From Spirochaetota bacterium (GTDB taxonomy: Bacteria > Spirochaetota > UBA4802 > JAFGDQ01): a DNA stretch of 64,000 nt. Both the position numbers and the translations under genes were made by a program. The DNA lies in the NCBI GenBank assembly GCA_043803405.1, contig JAZDKB010000018.1, positions 1 to 64,000 on the forward strand. The letters are read 5' to 3'. Shown piece after piece: positions 53,312-63,787 of the stretch (its first letter is position 1; each line of letters opens with the position of its first letter). The notes under the pieces are model-generated. The model did no database searches and was not told the DNA's origin. It worked only from the letters and a program-made list of their open reading frames with translations.

Positions 53312-54835
53312 ATGTTATATTTTAAATCACATAGATTAAAATTTATCATTTTACTTGTTTGTTTTACTTTGCTAAAAATGCCTTTGTTTGCAGCAAAGCC
53401 CATTGCCGGAATCGTAGGGGTTAAAGCGGAAAACCTGCGTGTAACCAGCATATCTCAAATACTGGAAAATCAGCTGATAAGCGTAATCAACAGCACAGGC
53501 TCATTCAGTATTTTAAACCCCGATCTGTTAAAAGATCAGCTGACACGATACGGATGTACGGACGAAGAATGCATTCTTGCGTTTGCGCGGGCTGCAAAAA
53601 TCAATTTAATAATTAAAGCGTATGTCGAGGACAAGGGGAACTCATTAGTATTTAACATTTATTCACAAAGCATTGACCCGCCATATTACGGAAAGATCGT
53701 GTATAAATACAGAGCCGAGATCCCTCTCTCCGGTCTTAGCATTTCAGTGACTGAACACAACTACATAGCCGAAGAGCACGCGGCGTATTTTGCTGCCGGC
53801 TTGCTGCGTAATTACAAATCCCAGCAATTCATCAATATTATAAACAATTTGCCTGCTGTTGACTATGAAGAAAATGTATACGGCAATTTTGACCTCTATA
53901 GATATGACGATAATAATCAAACCGATAATGAAAATATCAGAACATATAAAACCATAGGCAAAGTCAGCATTGATAATAAAAACGTAAAAATTATTTCCGG
54001 CAACAAGATTGTCATAAATAAAAATGATTTTATTTTTTTAAACTTCAATAAAAAAGCAGAATTTATTGACAGCTTTTTTATAGGCAGAAAGCGCGAACTG
54101 GTCTTTGAGAACAAACCTTATGCAGATACGGCAGTATTGTTTTTTTCCACAGTGCCTGCAAGCGCTTTAATGCCTTTAGTTGCGCCGCTCGGTTATTATA
54201 AGAACTGCGATTATTCAGGTTTGTCGCTATGGGCATTGAATGCGTTTCCATATTTATACCTGGAATACAAAGGACTTACGAACCGCCCGGATTCGTACAA
54301 AGAAGACAATAAAGATATTTCCAGGCAGACCGCAGCTCAGTACAGGTTCGGCCTGTACATGCTTTTTTGCGGGGGAATGCCGCTCGTAATAGACGCGTTC
54401 AGCAACAGGATGCTTTTTATGGCAGCCAGCTACCAGGGCAAACAGCATTATATCGGGAACACTATGTCTGCTGTATATCTTTCCCTGATATCGGGCGGAG
54501 GCGGCATGTTCTACAAAGGATACAGGCCCGAAGGCTATTTATATTTTCATCTGCATAATATATTGCTTTATATGGCAATCAAAGAATTTTCCGCATCTGA
54601 AATCTATAACCGCGCGACTGACTCATATAGTAAACATAACGGAGACAAAAAAAAGGGTTACGGATATCTTGGCGCTCTCACGATTGTGAAAATTATAGAA
54701 ATTACACGCGTAATTCTTGTTAAGGATAATATAAAGAACGGGACAGTTATTGAAGAAAGCTTCGGATTTGAGCCCGCAGTATACAAAGATGCATACGGGC
54801 TTGGCTTCGGCGCGCAATATACTTTAAAGTATTAA
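53312..54835 (+). CDS. Hypothetical secreted/outer-membrane protein
   Basis: Signal peptide; N-terminal C.DE.C....A TolB-N/CsgG-like segment; ends in an aromatic beta-strand. Confidence 0.6.
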   Translation: MLYFKSHRLKFIILLVCFTLLKMPLFAAKPIAGIVGVKAENLRVTSISQILENQLISVINSTGSFSILNPDLLKDQLTRYGCTDEECILAFARAAKINLIIKAYVEDKGNSLVFNIYSQSIDPPYYGKIVYKYRAEIPLSGLSISVTEHNYIAEEHAAYFAAGLLRNYKSQQFINIINNLPAVDYEENVYGNFDLYRYDDNNQTDNENIRTYKTIGKVSIDNKNVKIISGNKIVINKNDFIFLNFNKKAEFIDSFFIGRKRELVFENKPYADTAVLFFSTVPASALMPLVAPLGYYKNCDYSGLSLWALNAFPYLYLEYKGLTNRPDSYKEDNKDISRQTAAQYRFGLYMLFCGGMPLVIDAFSNRMLFMAASYQGKQHYIGNTMSAVYLSLISGGGGMFYKGYRPEGYLYFHLHNILLYMAIKEFSASEIYNRATDSYSKHNGDKKKGYGYLGALTIVKIIEITRVILVKDNIKNGTVIEESFGFEPAVYKDAYGLGFGAQYTLKY

Positions 54836-54887
54836 AAGTTCATAACTATAAATTCCTGCAAAAACCAAAAAAAGCAATAACGATCTT

Positions 54888-54979
54888 AGGACATATCATA
54901 AATTATTTTAATTTTCGAGGACTGTCTGAGGCCGAAGGCCGAGTTCCGCAGGAAATTAAAATAATTTATGATATGTCCT
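54888..54979. repeat. Palindromic element family B, copy 2 (inverted)
   Basis: Reverse complement matches 30312-30401. Confidence 0.88.
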
Positions 54980-55067
54980 TGAATAAATACAATCTCTAAA
55001 TATTTTTTTTATATTTCAACTGAAGTTTCCGTAAAAATTTCCAATAAATCTATAAAACAATCAAAGC

Positions 55068-55787
55068 TTATAATAGAGCTTTCCTTGCCAGCACTCGCCC
55101 GGAATCAGTTAATAATCTATTTTCAATCATTCGGGCTATTTTTTCTTTATCAGCGTCTTTTTCGTCCTCTTCAATATTTACAATCTGATCTGCATCAAAA
55201 AGCGCTTTAAATTCACTGGTCTCGGTTTCTCTTGGATGATGATGGTGGCCGATTATATCGCAGACTTTATCGATCAGTTCTTTTCCTGCATTTAATTGTG
55301 ATAATATTCCACGCGCAATACCAGGCCCCAGTTCTTCCTGGTATTTTGCAGAATTACTGTTGTATATTCTCTCAGCGTCCTTAATGCCGATATCGTGAAG
55401 ATATGCTGCACTGTAAACAACCGCCATGTCTGCGTTTAATTCCTTAGCTATCTGTTCACCGTATTGGGCTACTTTGTTTGCGTGATTTATGCGTCTCGCG
55501 TCGCTCCCGAAATACTGTTTCATTTCCACTGCAACGCGGTCTTTAAGGCTTGATAATTCATCAGCAGGCCTGTCATTTGAAAGCTCGCCGAGGCATTGTT
55601 CTGCGAACTTGCAGTACGCAGCGCAGCCTTTATCCATTTTAGGATTCATAATCCTGTAACCGCATTTTTTGCATTTTCTTGAGCTCTCGTCCTTAAAGAA
55701 TTCTTCAGGATGCCCGCATGATGGGCAATTAACGTTAAATATAGCGTTACTGTCCCAGTATCTGGTATCCTGTCCAGGGCATTTCAT
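55068..55787 (-). CDS. HD-domain phosphohydrolase with an N-terminal Cys-rich zinc ribbon
   Basis: MKCPGQD, CPSC and CKKC; H...HD...HH...D. Confidence 0.88.
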   Translation of the reverse strand: MKCPGQDTRYWDSNAIFNVNCPSCGHPEEFFKDESSRKCKKCGYRIMNPKMDKGCAAYCKFAEQCLGELSNDRPADELSSLKDRVAVEMKQYFGSDARRINHANKVAQYGEQIAKELNADMAVVYSAAYLHDIGIKDAERIYNSNSAKYQEELGPGIARGILSQLNAGKELIDKVCDIIGHHHHPRETETSEFKALFDADQIVNIEEDEKDADKEKIARMIENRLLTDSGRVLARKALL

Positions 55788-55852
55788 TGGCTTACCTCTT
55801 TACAAAAATATAATAATCCATTTTAACAAACCCGTCTTTGACATAAGTCAAA

Positions 55853-56170
55853 TCATTTTGTATTTTCGCATATCCAGTTTAAATATGATTCCAGCCCATC
55901 AGATATATTAAACGAAAAGATTTCCGGGACTTCATATGGATGAAGCGATACGATTTCTTTTTTGATACTATCAAAAAGCGATTCTTTGCTTTTAATTATC
56001 ATAAGGCATTCACTTTCATCGCATAACTTTCCTTTCCATTCATATATAGACGTTAATCCTTCAATTATATTTACACATGCCGCCAGCTTTTTCTGTACTA
56101 ATTCATTGGCGATTTTTTTTGCTTCTGTTTTTGATGAAATTGTGCATAAAATTAAAATAAATTCAGTCAT
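55853..56170 (-). CDS. cutA: Divalent-cation tolerance protein CutA
   Basis: LAACVN, S.YEWKG and HPYEVPE motifs. Confidence 0.95.
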   Translation of the reverse strand: MTEFILILCTISSKTEAKKIANELVQKKLAACVNIIEGLTSIYEWKGKLCDESECLMIIKSKESLFDSIKKEIVSLHPYEVPEIFSFNISDGLESYLNWICENTK

Positions 56171-56392
56171 TGAGAAATTTCTCCTGTTATTAAATTTTAT
56201 CTGTGTTTAGTTTATGTTTTAATATTGACATTACGGATAAAATTTTTTTAATTATGCTTCACACAGCCTTTCTGAATATGCGCCGCAGGCGCAGGGAAAA
56301 TTTGCGGCGTCTGCGTGGCGGCTGCCATGTATTATATCTTAAAAAGATTATATATTTAAAGTCAAGATTTTTGCATTTAACAGGAGATAAGA

Positions 56393-57424
56393 ATGCGCAT
56401 CGCAATGTACTACAGCAACAATGATATACGTATTCAGGAAATTCCGGTTCCGGAAATAAAGGACGGTGAGATACTGATGCGCGTTATAGCGAGCGGAATA
56501 TGCGGAAGCGACGTAATGGAATGGTACAGGAAGGATAAGGTGCCGCTGGTTCTGGGACACGAAGTGGCAGGCGAAGTAGTGTCAATAGGTAAAGGCGTGG
56601 ACAGATTCAGGATCGGCGATAAAATTACGGCAACGCATCACGTTCCGTGCAATACATGCCATTACTGCCTTAACGGCCATCATACAGCGTGCAAAACATT
56701 GCAGAAAGGGACTTACTTTGTTCCGGGCGGTTTTGCAGAATATATAAGAATTCCGGAGATCAATGTGGACAGGGGCACTTTTCACATACCGGACGGTGTA
56801 TCCTATGAAGACGCTTCTTTTATGGAGCCGCTCGCATGCGTTATACGAGGGCAAAAGGGTGCCCGGCTTAAGCCTGGGCAGACTGTGCTTGTAATCGGGA
56901 GCGGCATAGCAGGGCTTCTGCACATTGCGCTTGCAAAGGCCCTGGGCGCAGGACTTATTATAGCTGCCGATACTCTGCCAAAGCGCCTTGAAATGGCAAA
57001 GATTATGGGAGCAGATATTGCCGCAGAAGCAAATGAAAGCCTTGGTGAATTTGTACGCGGCGTGAACGGGGGAATGCTGGCTGATCTTGTGATTATATGT
57101 CACGGGGAGTTTATTCCTGTTGCAATGAATACTGTTGAAAAAGGCGGCACCATTCTTTTCTTTGCATCTGCGCCGGAAGATGCTTTTATTCCGGCAAAGG
57201 TAAACGATATATTCTGGAGAACCGAGGTGACCCTTACAAGCACTTACGCGGGCAGCCCCAGCGACTGTGTTCTTGCTCTTAAGATGATCAAAGCCGGAAC
57301 CGTTAACGTTAATAAACTTATAACGCACAGGATAAAACTTGAAGAAGCTGTTATGGGATTTCAGGCAGTGGCATCGCCCATTCTGCATAATTCCATAAAG
57401 GTTATTGTAGAGCCCCAAAAATAA
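56393..57424 (+). CDS. Zinc-dependent alcohol/sugar dehydrogenase
   Basis: GICGSD, GHEVAG, C..C..C.......C and G.G..G motifs. Confidence 0.92.
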   Translation: MRIAMYYSNNDIRIQEIPVPEIKDGEILMRVIASGICGSDVMEWYRKDKVPLVLGHEVAGEVVSIGKGVDRFRIGDKITATHHVPCNTCHYCLNGHHTACKTLQKGTYFVPGGFAEYIRIPEINVDRGTFHIPDGVSYEDASFMEPLACVIRGQKGARLKPGQTVLVIGSGIAGLLHIALAKALGAGLIIAADTLPKRLEMAKIMGADIAAEANESLGEFVRGVNGGMLADLVIICHGEFIPVAMNTVEKGGTILFFASAPEDAFIPAKVNDIFWRTEVTLTSTYAGSPSDCVLALKMIKAGTVNVNKLITHRIKLEEAVMGFQAVASPILHNSIKVIVEPQK

Positions 57425-57554
57425 TATTGATATAATTTTATATATATAATATTATTAGTTGTTGCCTATTTGAATTATATTTGAAAAATATTTAAATTGT
57501 CTGGTTAAAGATTTATTTAATATATTAATCTTAACCTTATAAAAGGAGTGGCCA

Positions 57555-57893
57555 ATGCCTCTTACAGATCTTATTCAAAAGTCCAAAAAATTTGAAATCC
57601 AGTCATATAAAAAGCATTTTGACCCGAAAGAATTTAGAGAAACACATATACCATTTACAGGTTCTCCCAAGAAACATCCGTACGATCATAAAAAAGTGAT
57701 ATTATTGATTGATCCCTATAACAACAGTACTTCATATTATGAATTTAAAACAGCAGATATTTTACATGTGGAAGAGCTTCCGAATATTACCAATATGGAC
57801 GGCGAAACGGTAACTATGGTAAGAATATGGGTAAAGAAAGGAAGCATTGCTTTAAGATGTTCTCCATTTTTAGTCGAAGATTTAGAAATGTAA
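57555..57893 (+). CDS. Conserved hypothetical protein
   Basis: 112-aa ORF with a strong AAGGAG RBS. Confidence 0.7.
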   Translation: MPLTDLIQKSKKFEIQSYKKHFDPKEFRETHIPFTGSPKKHPYDHKKVILLIDPYNNSTSYYEFKTADILHVEELPNITNMDGETVTMVRIWVKKGSIALRCSPFLVEDLEM

Positions 57894-57950
57894 TAGAGTA
57901 TAATACTTATTTAAATTAACTGATAATAAAAATAAGCACAGGAAATCATA

Positions 57951-59519
57951 ATGGATAAATTCAAAGCGGAAAAACTCATCAACAGAATCAGAATTTTATT
58001 CGGATTGTTTTTTCTGGTATCCGGCCTGCTGTCAATCCGTTCGGGATCTGAAAAAGCTGTTTACCAGTCAATACTTATCGGAAGCGGTGTTCAGTTTTTC
58101 GTTGTTTTTTTAAACGCAATATTTCTTCGATTAAAGAAGATGCCGCAGTCGCTTATTTATTTTTCTGCAACAGTTGAAATGCTGAATATACTAATAGTTA
58201 AATTCGGATTCCATAATGATCCATTTAACGGCTGGGGACTGACCATTAAAGAGCCTTCTACATTTATTTTATTAATATTATTCTGCATAATTAACGGACT
58301 GCGCTTTAATAAAGCTCTTAACCTGTATCTGGGCGCCATTACTATTGCAGGTTACGCCACTCTTATTGCCCTGGGTGTTACTCAGGGGAACATGGTCTTT
58401 GTTACCGATGCAAAGCTGATCTTTACGCCTAACTCGCTGCGTCTGCCTACGGAAGGAGCGCTGATACTTTTTATGGCAGGCAACACCTACTTTTTATATT
58501 TAATGGCTTCGTTTACAAACAGAAATATATTTAAAATTGAGCAGGCGCGCCAGACTGCAAATGAAAATCTTGACGCAACAAATAATTTACTTGAGAATGT
58601 TAAACAGATTACAACCCAGCTTGCTTCTTCAATTCAGGAAATGTCTGCTACCACAATGTCGCTTGCCGAGAACTCGCATACTCAGGCTGCCAAGGAAGAA
58701 GAGATTGTACAGGCAAGCGCAGGCAATGTTGCAAGCATTGACGAGCTTTCATCCAATGCCCAGACGCGCTCCATAGTGCTTAAAATGCTTACGGAAAGAG
58801 TAAAAGAGCTTTCCCAATCCATTACCGAGCTCAATAAGGAAACGGATAAGTCGTTAAAACTGACCGAATCCATTACCGAGCGCATAACGGACGGGGAAAC
58901 TGCTCTTAAATCGACAAACGAAACAATGGTAGCAATCGAAGCAAGTTCCGGCGAGATGACAAATATTATGTCATTCATTAATGATATTTCGGATCAGATA
59001 AATCTGCTGTCTCTTAATGCTGCAATAGAATCCGCGCGCGCAGGCGAGGCCGGCAGAGGATTTGCAGTAGTTGCGGATGAAATATCCAAGCTTGCCGATA
59101 AGACGGCGCAGAGCATTAAGGATTTTGAGTTGCTTGTGAGAAGGAATGACCAGGAAATTAAAAAGGGCAGGCAAAATGTTAAGTATTTAAACGAGATAAT
59201 TAATAAAATAATTGTAGATATAGCGGCAATTACCGGATTAATTAATCAAATATCCAGTTTTATGCGCAAGCAGATAGAACATAATGAGAAAGTTACATCT
59301 GAATCTGAAAAAATGCAGACAATTTCCGGGGAAATCGATAACTCGCTGGAAATCCACCGTCAGTCGATTAAAACCATTTCTGAAGCAATTAAAAAAATCG
59401 GAAGCGTCAGCCAGGAGAATTCAAGTGCAACTGAAGAAATGGCTGCCAATACAGAAGAGATTTCCGGCATGGCTGAAAATCTTAAGAAGCTTGTGGATAA
59501 TTTTAAATATAGCGTATAA
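57951..59519 (+). CDS. Methyl-accepting chemotaxis protein with a multi-TM sensor
   Basis: [29 protein letters not shown] signalling-domain motif. Confidence 0.95.
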   Translation: MDKFKAEKLINRIRILFGLFFLVSGLLSIRSGSEKAVYQSILIGSGVQFFVVFLNAIFLRLKKMPQSLIYFSATVEMLNILIVKFGFHNDPFNGWGLTIKEPSTFILLILFCIINGLRFNKALNLYLGAITIAGYATLIALGVTQGNMVFVTDAKLIFTPNSLRLPTEGALILFMAGNTYFLYLMASFTNRNIFKIEQARQTANENLDATNNLLENVKQITTQLASSIQEMSATTMSLAENSHTQAAKEEEIVQASAGNVASIDELSSNAQTRSIVLKMLTERVKELSQSITELNKETDKSLKLTESITERITDGETALKSTNETMVAIEASSGEMTNIMSFINDISDQINLLSLNAAIESARAGEAGRGFAVVADEISKLADKTAQSIKDFELLVRRNDQEIKKGRQNVKYLNEIINKIIVDIAAITGLINQISSFMRKQIEHNEKVTSESEKMQTISGEIDNSLEIHRQSIKTISEAIKKIGSVSQENSSATEEMAANTEEISGMAENLKKLVDNFKYSV

Positions 59520-59552
59520 AATGTAATTCGTTTTTAAAACATAAGTAAATAA

Positions 59553-59593
59553 TAAAAAAACCCGATCTGTTAGAATCGGGTTTTTGTTTTTTT
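59553..59593. terminator. Bidirectional intrinsic terminator
   Basis: aaaaaaacccgat...atcgggtttttgtttt between convergent genes. Confidence 0.85.
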
Positions 59594-59613
59594 AGATGAA
59601 AAATACGGTATAT

Positions 59614-59814
59614 TTATACAAAAGAAACTTGAACTGCTCTTAGGCCTTTCTCGCTTTTTTCAATATTAAATTGTACTTCTGCACCTTCGGACAGTGTTTT
59701 AAAACCATTCCCCATAATATTTGAATGATGAACGAAATAATCCTTTCCATCATCTGCGGTAATGAATCCAAAACCCTTCTGGTCGTTAAACCATTTAACT
59801 GTACCTTTAGACAT
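59614..59814 (-). CDS. Cold-shock protein
   Basis: GTVKWFN..KGFGFI and FVHHS motifs. Confidence 0.96.
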   Translation of the reverse strand: MSKGTVKWFNDQKGFGFITADDGKDYFVHHSNIMGNGFKTLSEGAEVQFNIEKSEKGLRAVQVSFV

Positions 59815-60175
59815 ACTTTTACTCCTGTGTATTTGTGTGATTGTTTGTGAATTAGTTGTAAGACTACTATGAAGATTACCTAAGAAACATTTTTGATCGG
59901 TAAGATTATAGAAGATTTATAATAACTTAGTCACTTACCGGCTAATATAATAAACATTATATAATTTGTCAACATATAAATAAAAAATATAGATAAATAA
60001 GCAGAATAAGTATAAATTAAATATTATATTGGATATATTAGGACAATATACTTGCTATAATTTAGTCAAGGTTAAAAAATAGCATTCGTTCTCCTGCGAA
60101 AGGGAAGATATTATTTTTAGTTGTATTGCAAATTATTTAGCGAATTAAAATAAATCGTATCTATGCAAAAAGATA

Positions 60176-60204
60176 TTGACAAAAGTTCGTCATCGAACAA
60201 TACT
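60176..60204 (+). promoter_or_regulatory. Promoter with a palindromic operator between -35 and -10
   Basis: TTGACA-17nt-AATACT enclosing GTTCGTCATCGAAC. Confidence 0.65.
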
Positions 60205-60222
60205 AATGAAAAGTGGGGCTGT

Positions 60223-60654
60223 ATGGCTCCAACTCATATTATATGGCAGATCAATACTCTAAAAGATCTTGCTGAGAAATTCATATTGAAACGCTTTACG
60301 GCTTTGGGTTATGAAGGCCTTTTCCCGAGTCACGGTGGTATTCTTGCTATGCTTTTTACTGCAGGCGGAAGACTTAAAATGAAGGAAATTTCTGACAGGC
60401 TCGACAGAACAAAATCGACCGTTAGTGAACTCGTAAATAAGCTCGAGAACATGGGACTTGTCAGGAGGCACGAGTGTACTGTGGACGGTCGCGTTTGTTA
60501 TGTAAACATCACGCACAAAGGCAGGGATTTCGAGAAGGAACTTGCCGATTTAGCCCGCGAGCTTAATGAATCACTGTATAAGGGATTCAGTGAGACAGAG
60601 AAGGAAGCAGCAGAGTCGTTAATTGTGAGAATGATGAAAAATCTTGCCGAATAG
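60223..60654 (+). CDS. MarR family regulator (likely start at 60223 rather than 60163)
   Basis: KSTVSELVNKLE..GLV.R....DGR....IT.KG winged-HTH pattern. Confidence 0.92.
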   Translation: MAPTHIIWQINTLKDLAEKFILKRFTALGYEGLFPSHGGILAMLFTAGGRLKMKEISDRLDRTKSTVSELVNKLENMGLVRRHECTVDGRVCYVNITHKGRDFEKELADLARELNESLYKGFSETEKEAAESLIVRMMKNLAE

Positions 60655-60693
60655 GCTAATCAGAGAGGGGAACCTCTTTTTTATTTAAATAAA

Positions 60694-60709
60694 TTGTTCG
60701 ATGACGAAC
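60694..60709. promoter_or_regulatory. Second copy of the MarR-type operator
   Basis: ttgttcgatgacgaac is the exact reverse complement of 60185-60200. Confidence 0.7.
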
Positions 60710-60717
60710 AAAAAAAA

Positions 60718-60856
60718 GATCTTTGCACACTATACGGGCATTGTGTTATAATATGTAATTATAATGTGTTGGCTCTAGCAGGCATTTATCCGTCGGATTA
60801 CCCCCTTGTAACTACGACGAGATGATAACGCAATGCCCGTATAGTGCGTAAAGATC
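60718..60856. repeat. Long inverted-repeat element
   Basis: 32-bp arms with 3 transition mismatches and a 75-bp spacer. Confidence 0.85.
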
Positions 60857-61037
60857 GACCGGTATGTATCCTAAAAAGAAAGTCGAATAGAACAGCTTGA
60901 TAATTCGTTAGATATTACACATCATAAGAATAATTGTAACCGAAAGGTGGCCAAACATAATAGATTGTTTATAAATTAGCCAAATTGACTAATTCAATAA
61001 AATAATTTAAGTCAATATTCAGGAAGGAGTATAGCTT

Positions 61038-62432
61038 ATGATGCAAAATTTAAAAAAACTTTTTTCTCCAGAGTCAATTGCCGTAATAGGCGCTTCAAAT
61101 AGCTTTGATAAACTTGGTTATCATATTATGAAAAGCCTGGTCGGTCATTACACTGGTAAAATATATCCTGTAAATCCAAAAGGCGGGAAAGTGTGGGATA
61201 TTGACTCTTACGCTTCTATAGGCGCAATTCCCGGAAATGTTGATCTTGCCATTATTGTAGTGCCTGCAGCGCATGTGCCGGAGACGCTGCATCAATGCGG
61301 GAAAAAGGGAGTAAAAGGCGCTGTACTTATAACTGCGGGCTTCAGGGAAATTGAAGATTCGCAGGGAGAAGTGCTTCAGGAAGATATCCGAAAAATTTGC
61401 GAACAATATAATCTGCCTGTAATAGGCCCGAATACATTCGGATTTGCAAACATCGCCTCGGGTGTGGATGCCTCGTTTACATCCGAGTTCTGCGAACTGG
61501 AAAAAGGAGGCGTAACTCTCATAAGCCAGAGCGGCGGGATTTGCCACCTGTGCGGATTCCTTGCCATAGAACAAAGAATGGGTGTGGCTGCATTGATGAG
61601 CCTTGGGAACAGGCTGAACGTGGATTTCCCCGAAGCATTGCGCTTTTTTGCCGAGGAAGATACTGCTACAAAGGTGATCGCCCTTTACATAGAAGGCCTT
61701 GATGAACCCAGAAAGCTTCTCGATACTGCCAGGTCGCTCCGCGGGAAAAAGCCTGTGATCGCTTATAAATCCGGGAAAAGCGCAAAAAGCGACAGTGCTG
61801 CAAAGTTCCATACAGGATCGCTTGCAGGCAATCATGAAATATGGAAGGGCGCCTTTAAACAGGCCGGCATCCTTGAGGTTACATCAGCAGAAGAGCTCCT
61901 TGATACGGCAAAAGCGCTCGATTCATGCGCCCCTTCAAAGGGCACACGCATAGCAGTGCTTTCCGGTCAGGCAGGCCCCGGAATTATTGCGGCAGACGCG
62001 CTGGAAACGTACGGTTTGACTCTCTCACGTTTTTCGGCAAAAACACAGGAAAAAATAAATGAGTTCCTTCCGCCGATCGCAATACGCAGCAATCCCGTCG
62101 ATATGGGTCCTGCCTGGTATGATCCTAAAGCCATGCTCGACATCCTGAATTCAGTTATTGATGATGACGGAACAGACGGCGTTATTTTTATCAACATGTA
62201 CGCTTCGGCAAATCTTCCGCTGGCATCTCTCATGGAAGAATACATGAAGGATAATGCTGCTTTTAAAAAGCCGGTTATCAGCGTTATTACTGCTCCGCCG
62301 CTTGTATGGGACAAAGGTATAAAAGGGATGGACCGGAAAAAAGGAATGGCGATCCTGCCAACTCCTGAACGCGCTGCAAAAGCATTAAGTAATTTATGGA
62401 AAGTCAATCTATTAACAGCAAAGGGGGAATAA
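61038..62432 (+). CDS. ADP-forming acyl-CoA synthetase alpha subunit (CoA-binding)
   Basis: P.SIAVIGAS, GPNT.G, SQSGG, phospho-His in HTGSLAG and NPVD motifs. Confidence 0.92.
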   Translation: MMQNLKKLFSPESIAVIGASNSFDKLGYHIMKSLVGHYTGKIYPVNPKGGKVWDIDSYASIGAIPGNVDLAIIVVPAAHVPETLHQCGKKGVKGAVLITAGFREIEDSQGEVLQEDIRKICEQYNLPVIGPNTFGFANIASGVDASFTSEFCELEKGGVTLISQSGGICHLCGFLAIEQRMGVAALMSLGNRLNVDFPEALRFFAEEDTATKVIALYIEGLDEPRKLLDTARSLRGKKPVIAYKSGKSAKSDSAAKFHTGSLAGNHEIWKGAFKQAGILEVTSAEELLDTAKALDSCAPSKGTRIAVLSGQAGPGIIAADALETYGLTLSRFSAKTQEKINEFLPPIAIRSNPVDMGPAWYDPKAMLDILNSVIDDDGTDGVIFINMYASANLPLASLMEEYMKDNAAFKKPVISVITAPPLVWDKGIKGMDRKKGMAILPTPERAAKALSNLWKVNLLTAKGE

Positions 62433-62434
62433 GA

Positions 62435-63082
62435 ATGGAAAGATTATTGCTTGGAACAGAAGCTTTTCAATTTCTTGAGAAAGAAGGATTCCCTGTATTG
62501 AAAACAGTGCTTGCAAAGGATGAAAATGAAGCTGCGGCTAAGGCTTCTCAAATAGGCTATCCAGTTGCTCTCAAAATTTCTTCCTCGGATGTTGTGCACA
62601 AGACAGAAACCGGAGGCATAAAAGTCTCGCTTAAAAACGAGAGCGAAGTGAGAGAGGCGTTCAGGGATATTGTCCGGACTTTTACTGCAGATAATCCCAA
62701 CAAAAAAATCGATGGTGTTATGGTGCAACAACAGGGGAAAGGACTTGAACTGATAGTCGGAACAATGACAGATAAGCAATTTGGCCCGGTAATAATGTTC
62801 GGTTTAGGCGGCATCTTTGTCGAAGCGCTTAATGACGTTTCATTCAGGCTGATACCTCTGGAAAGCAGGGACGCGCGGGAAATAATGGAAGATCTCCAGG
62901 GCTATAAAATATTAAAGAATCCGAGATCCGAAAAGATCGATCTTTCATCTGTTCAGAATTTCATTCTTCAGGTGTCGCGTCTTGTGGAAAAGCATCCGGA
63001 AATCCGGGAGATGGATATGAATCCTGTATTCGCCTCATCCAAAGGCATAGAAGTTTGCGATGTGCGCATAAAAATCGGGTAG
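62435..63082 (+). CDS. ADP-forming acyl-CoA synthetase beta subunit (ATP-grasp)
   Basis: GYPVALKI.S..V.HKT..GG, FGPVIMFGLGGIFVE and E.D.NP motifs. Confidence 0.92.
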   Translation: MERLLLGTEAFQFLEKEGFPVLKTVLAKDENEAAAKASQIGYPVALKISSSDVVHKTETGGIKVSLKNESEVREAFRDIVRTFTADNPNKKIDGVMVQQQGKGLELIVGTMTDKQFGPVIMFGLGGIFVEALNDVSFRLIPLESRDAREIMEDLQGYKILKNPRSEKIDLSSVQNFILQVSRLVEKHPEIREMDMNPVFASSKGIEVCDVRIKIG

Positions 63083-63092
63083 TGCATAACTG

Positions 63093-63127
63093 CTTATAGT
63101 CTGAAAGTTTAGCTTTCAGACTATAAG
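63093..63127. terminator. Hairpin between convergent genes
   Basis: Perfect 15-bp stem cttatagtctgaaag / ctttcagactataag. Confidence 0.7.
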
Positions 63128-63139
63128 AGCGAATTCAAA

Positions 63140-63787
63140 TTACTTTTTTAATGCAGCTTTTATCTTATCAACCGTGTCGGTGCTGCTAATTGAAACAAAA
63201 TTCTTAAGCAATCCTTCTTTTTCATAGAAAGATACAAGAGGCGCGGTTTTCTTATTGTATGTTTCCAGCCTGAAGCTGATCGCTTCTTCAGTTTCATCGT
63301 CTCTCTGAACAACAGGGCTTCCGCATTTGAGGCATTTCCCGTCTGCCGATGCCGGTTTTGTTTTAATATTATATATTTCCTGGCAGTCTGGATTTGAACA
63401 TGTACGCCTTGTCGTTAAACGGTCAAGTATTACATCTTTCGGGACTTCAAGATTAACTACCATGTCCATTTTTATCGAAAGCTTTTTAAGCAGGCCTTTT
63501 AATGACTCTGCCTGCGGAATCGTTCTAGGAAAACCGTCCAGGATAAATCCTTTTGCGCAATCAGGTTCTTGTAAGCGCGATTCCATAATCTTCATTATGA
63601 GCGCATCCGGCACAAGGTCGCCCTTGTCCATGTACGATTTAGCTTCCTTTCCGAGGTCGCTTTTTGCTCTTACAGCGGCACGGAGAATATCACCTGTAGA
63701 AATCTGCACAGAACCGTCATATTCTGTTAACAATTTGGCAACAGTGCCTTTTCCTGCTCCAGGTGCGCCTAATAGTATAATTTTCAT
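63140..63787 (-). CDS. adk: Adenylate kinase with a zinc-binding LID
   Basis: GAPGAGKGT, STGDILR, GFILDGFPRT and QRDDE motifs; Cys-rich lid. Confidence 0.97.
   Translation of the reverse strand: MKIILLGAPGAGKGTVAKLLTEYDGSVQISTGDILRAAVRAKSDLGKEAKSYMDKGDLVPDALIMKIMESRLQEPDCAKGFILDGFPRTIPQAESLKGLLKKLSIKMDMVVNLEVPKDVILDRLTTRRTCSNPDCQEIYNIKTKPASADGKCLKCGSPVVQRDDETEEAISFRLETYNKKTAPLVSFYEKEGLLKNFVSISSTDTVDKIKAALKK

Noticed and set aside
56280..56325. GC-rich hairpin upstream of the dehydrogenase as a riboswitch
   Set aside because: Single imperfect hairpin with no recognisable aptamer and no second copy; insufficient evidence.
56582..57418. 278-aa minus-strand ORF
   Set aside because: Antisense shadow of the zinc dehydrogenase; no recognisable motifs.
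61095..61835. 246-aa minus-strand ORF
   Set aside because: Antisense shadow of the acyl-CoA ligase alpha subunit.
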